Assembly: GCA_016187485.1 (NCBI GenBank)
Contig: JACPJO010000004.1
Span: 56,306 to 120,305, forward strand
DNA: 64,000 bases
From: Candidatus Uhrbacteria bacterium
Lineage (GTDB): Bacteria > Patescibacteriota > Patescibacteriia > UBA9934 > UBA10169
Reading direction: 5' to 3'
The first letter of the stretch is position 1, and each line of letters starts with the position of its first letter. Of this stretch, positions 62,299 through 64,000 are shown in pieces. A program made the translations under genes and the position numbers. The notes under the pieces are model-generated. The model saw nothing but the letters and a program-made list of their open reading frames with translations. It ran no database searches and was not told the DNA's origin.

Positions 62299-64000
62299 TC
62301 AAAAAGATAACGCATGGGTGGTGAGGATCGGTTCCTCACCTTTTGATTTTACAAAAATGTCTCCGTCGGTGTCGGTACGAAAAACCTGCACCCGAAATCT
62401 TTTAAGCCGCTCAAGCACCGACGCATGCGGGTGTCCATACCGATTATTCTCGCCAGCAGAAATAATCGCCGCCGTCGGCGTCGTCGCCCCAAGAAGTCCG
62501 GCAGAAGTAGAGGTCTTACTTCCATGATGTGCGGTCTTTAGCACGTCTATATGTCCCAGGCGATCCACAAGCGATACCTCAACAGGGGAAGAAATATCTC
62601 CCGTGAGGAGGAGCGTCGTCTCTCCATAGGTCAGGCGAAGCACGAGCGACGCGTCATTGCGATCCTTTGCGGCACGGAGACGGTCCGGTGAGGGAGAGAG
62701 GAGATCGAGCACAACGGATGATTCGGTAAATGTTTCTGGCGCCGTGACGACATGCAGACGCTCCGGGACATCCTGCTTAAGAGCCCGTATCGTGGGAGAG
62801 GTACGATCGATCTCTGGGAGAAGGATGCGCTCAATGTCGTAGCGACGCACAAGCTCCTCGGCACCCGTTACGTGATCCGCATCGGCATGCGTGAGCACAA
62901 GCGTATCAATGTGGCGATCAAACCACGGCAGGATCTGTCCTACTTTCCAGAGCACCGTATTGTCAGGTCCGGCATCCACAAGCCAACGCGCACCGTTCGG
63001 AAACTCAAGAAGCGTGGCGTCTCCTTGCCCAATGGAGAGGGAGAAGACCCGCAGATCATGATGCGGGATAGCCCGCCAGAGACTTGGCAGAGAAAGAACC
63101 AGGAACAGGCCCGCAAGCGCGAAGACTGGGTACGTTGTGCGAGACGTTGTCCCAGAAAAAATGCGGCGCAAGAGAAAACGGATGGAGAAGGCGCTCCCAA
63201 GAAGGATCGCCAGCAAGGCAAGCGGGTGCTCACGAGGAGTGAATGAGGCAAACGGCAAACGCGCAAAATGGCCTGAAAGTTCGAGGATATAGGAAAGGCC
63301 ACCCACCAGGGGCAACGCCAAGGCTCGCGCAAGAAAGACAGAAACAAACGAGAGTCCAAGCACTCCAAGTCCGAGTCCCATGACAAACGGGAGGACAGGC
63401 AAGACAAACAGGTTGGCCAGCGGTGCCACAAGCGAAAACGTTGTAGAGGAGAACGCCAAAATGGGGGCCGTGGCAAGAATGGCGGCCAGTGAGCTTGCAA
63501 GTGCGCTTCGCAGCCCACCCGTCGCTGGGACCCAAGAAAGAAGCCCGTTGAGCTTCTCTTCAAACAACAGGAGGCCAGTCACCGAAGCAAAGGAGAGTTG
63601 GAAACCGAGGTCGTCACGCAAAAGCCTCGGTTCAAGAAGAAGCATGAGCGTGAGAGCAAATAAGAGAACATTACGCGTCGAAGCACTTCGTCCGCCGGCA
63701 CAGCCAAACAGAACAATCGCTCCCATCACCGTGGCGCGAATAATCGGCGCCTCCGCACCGGCAAGAAATACATACCCGAGAAGAACAAGCACCGTAAGAG
63801 CCGTCGCCTTTTTTCGTGAGAGGAAAAACGATATAAAAAGAGAGAACGCGAATGAGGAAAGGAGCGCAACGTTCTGCCCGCTTGCCACCACAAGATGGGC
63901 CAATCCAGCACGACGAAACGCCTCCTCGATGGGAGCTGGGAGCAAATCCTCCCCTGTGAGAAATCCAAGAAGAAGGGAGGCGTAAGGCTCGTGTAGAATA
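62299..64000 (-). CDS. comEC: DNA internalisation competence protein ComEC/Rec2. The C-terminal metallo-beta-lactamase domain is present. The 5' part lies beyond the window
   Basis: ...LSIGQGDATLLEFPNGARWLVDAGP...LVLTHADADHVTGAEEL... The reading frame stays open from the track start (a TTG at 63945) to position 64000. Confidence 0.8.
   Translation of the reverse strand, partial: ILHEPYASLLLGFLTGEDLLPAPIEEAFRRAGLAHLVVASGQNVALLSSFAFSLFISFFLSRKKATALTVLVLLGYVFLAGAEAPIIRATVMGAIVLFGCAGGRSASTRNVLLFALTLMLLLEPRLLRDDLGFQLSFASVTGLLLFEEKLNGLLSWVPATGGLRSALASSLAAILATAPILAFSSTTFSLVAPLANLFVLPVLPFVMGLGLGVLGLSFVSVFLARALALPLVGGLSYILELSGHFARLPFASFTPREHPLALLAILLGSAFSIRFLLRRIFSGTTSRTTYPVFALAGLFLVLSLPSLWRAIPHHDLRVFSLSIGQGDATLLEFPNGARWLVDAGPDNTVLWKVGQILPWFDRHIDTLVLTHADADHVTGAEELVRRYDIERILLPEIDRTSPTIRALKQDVPERLHVVTAPETFTESSVVLDLLSPSPDRLRAAKDRNDASLVLRLTYGETTLLLTGDISSPVEVSLVDRLGHIDVLKTAHHGSKTSTSAGLLGATTPTAAIISAGENNRYGHPHASVLERLKRFRVQVFRTDTDGDIFVKSKGEEPILTTHALSF

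Overview
This is a 64-kb, densely coded bacterial chromosome segment of moderately high GC, with most genes on the minus strand. The core is a complete str-S10-spc ribosomal-protein superoperon (rpsL, rpsG, fusA, tuf, rpsJ, rplC ... rplO, secY, adk, map) spanning about 40.3-57.7 kb. Around it are housekeeping genes: yqeY, rpsU, hisS, lepB, der, pth, dprA, topA, rel, parAB, scpAB, aspS, asnS, recO, ruvX, a DD-carboxypeptidase, murA, ndk and a comEC fragment running off the 3' edge. There are four tRNAs: Val-CAC, and a cluster of Leu-CAA, initiator Met and elongator Met/Ile2.

Four things stand out.
(1) A 13.6-kb four-gene minus-strand cluster at 1-13648 encodes a 3458-aa giant surface protein (IPT/TIG-like repeats, two arrays of Cys-rich CGDG...EECDDG...DGCS repeats, C-terminal VWA/MIDAS domain) and an adjacent 636-aa protein. 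Both begin with the same N-terminal module: a signal peptide followed by two transmembrane helices, pilin-like in topology. A membrane protein with Ca-binding repeats and a partial Pro-rich membrane protein follow.
(2) Four dispersed hypothetical genes are compositionally foreign: by eye almost every codon ends in G/C, unlike host genes. One is wedged inside the spc operon between secY and adk, with its own operator-like palindromes and a terminator. One abuts the tRNA cluster next to an AT-rich repeat region carrying a perfect 44-bp palindrome.
(3) An orphan Phd/YefM-like small ORF lies between fusA and tuf, and a 245-nt AT-rich structured spacer separates rpsJ from rplC.
(4) A eukaryotic-like Ser/Thr kinase carries a roughly 150-170-aa insertion in its activation segment.

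I found no CRISPR array, rRNA, integrase, transposase or reverse transcriptase. The lineage is unassigned; the giant Cys-repeat surface protein, minimal Rel and GAD-less AspRS would fit a reduced-genome organism but do not identify one. Coordinates follow the supplied ORF track. Starts I refined by reading the sequence may be off by 1-3 nt, because my position counts disagreed with the track by one base in a few places.
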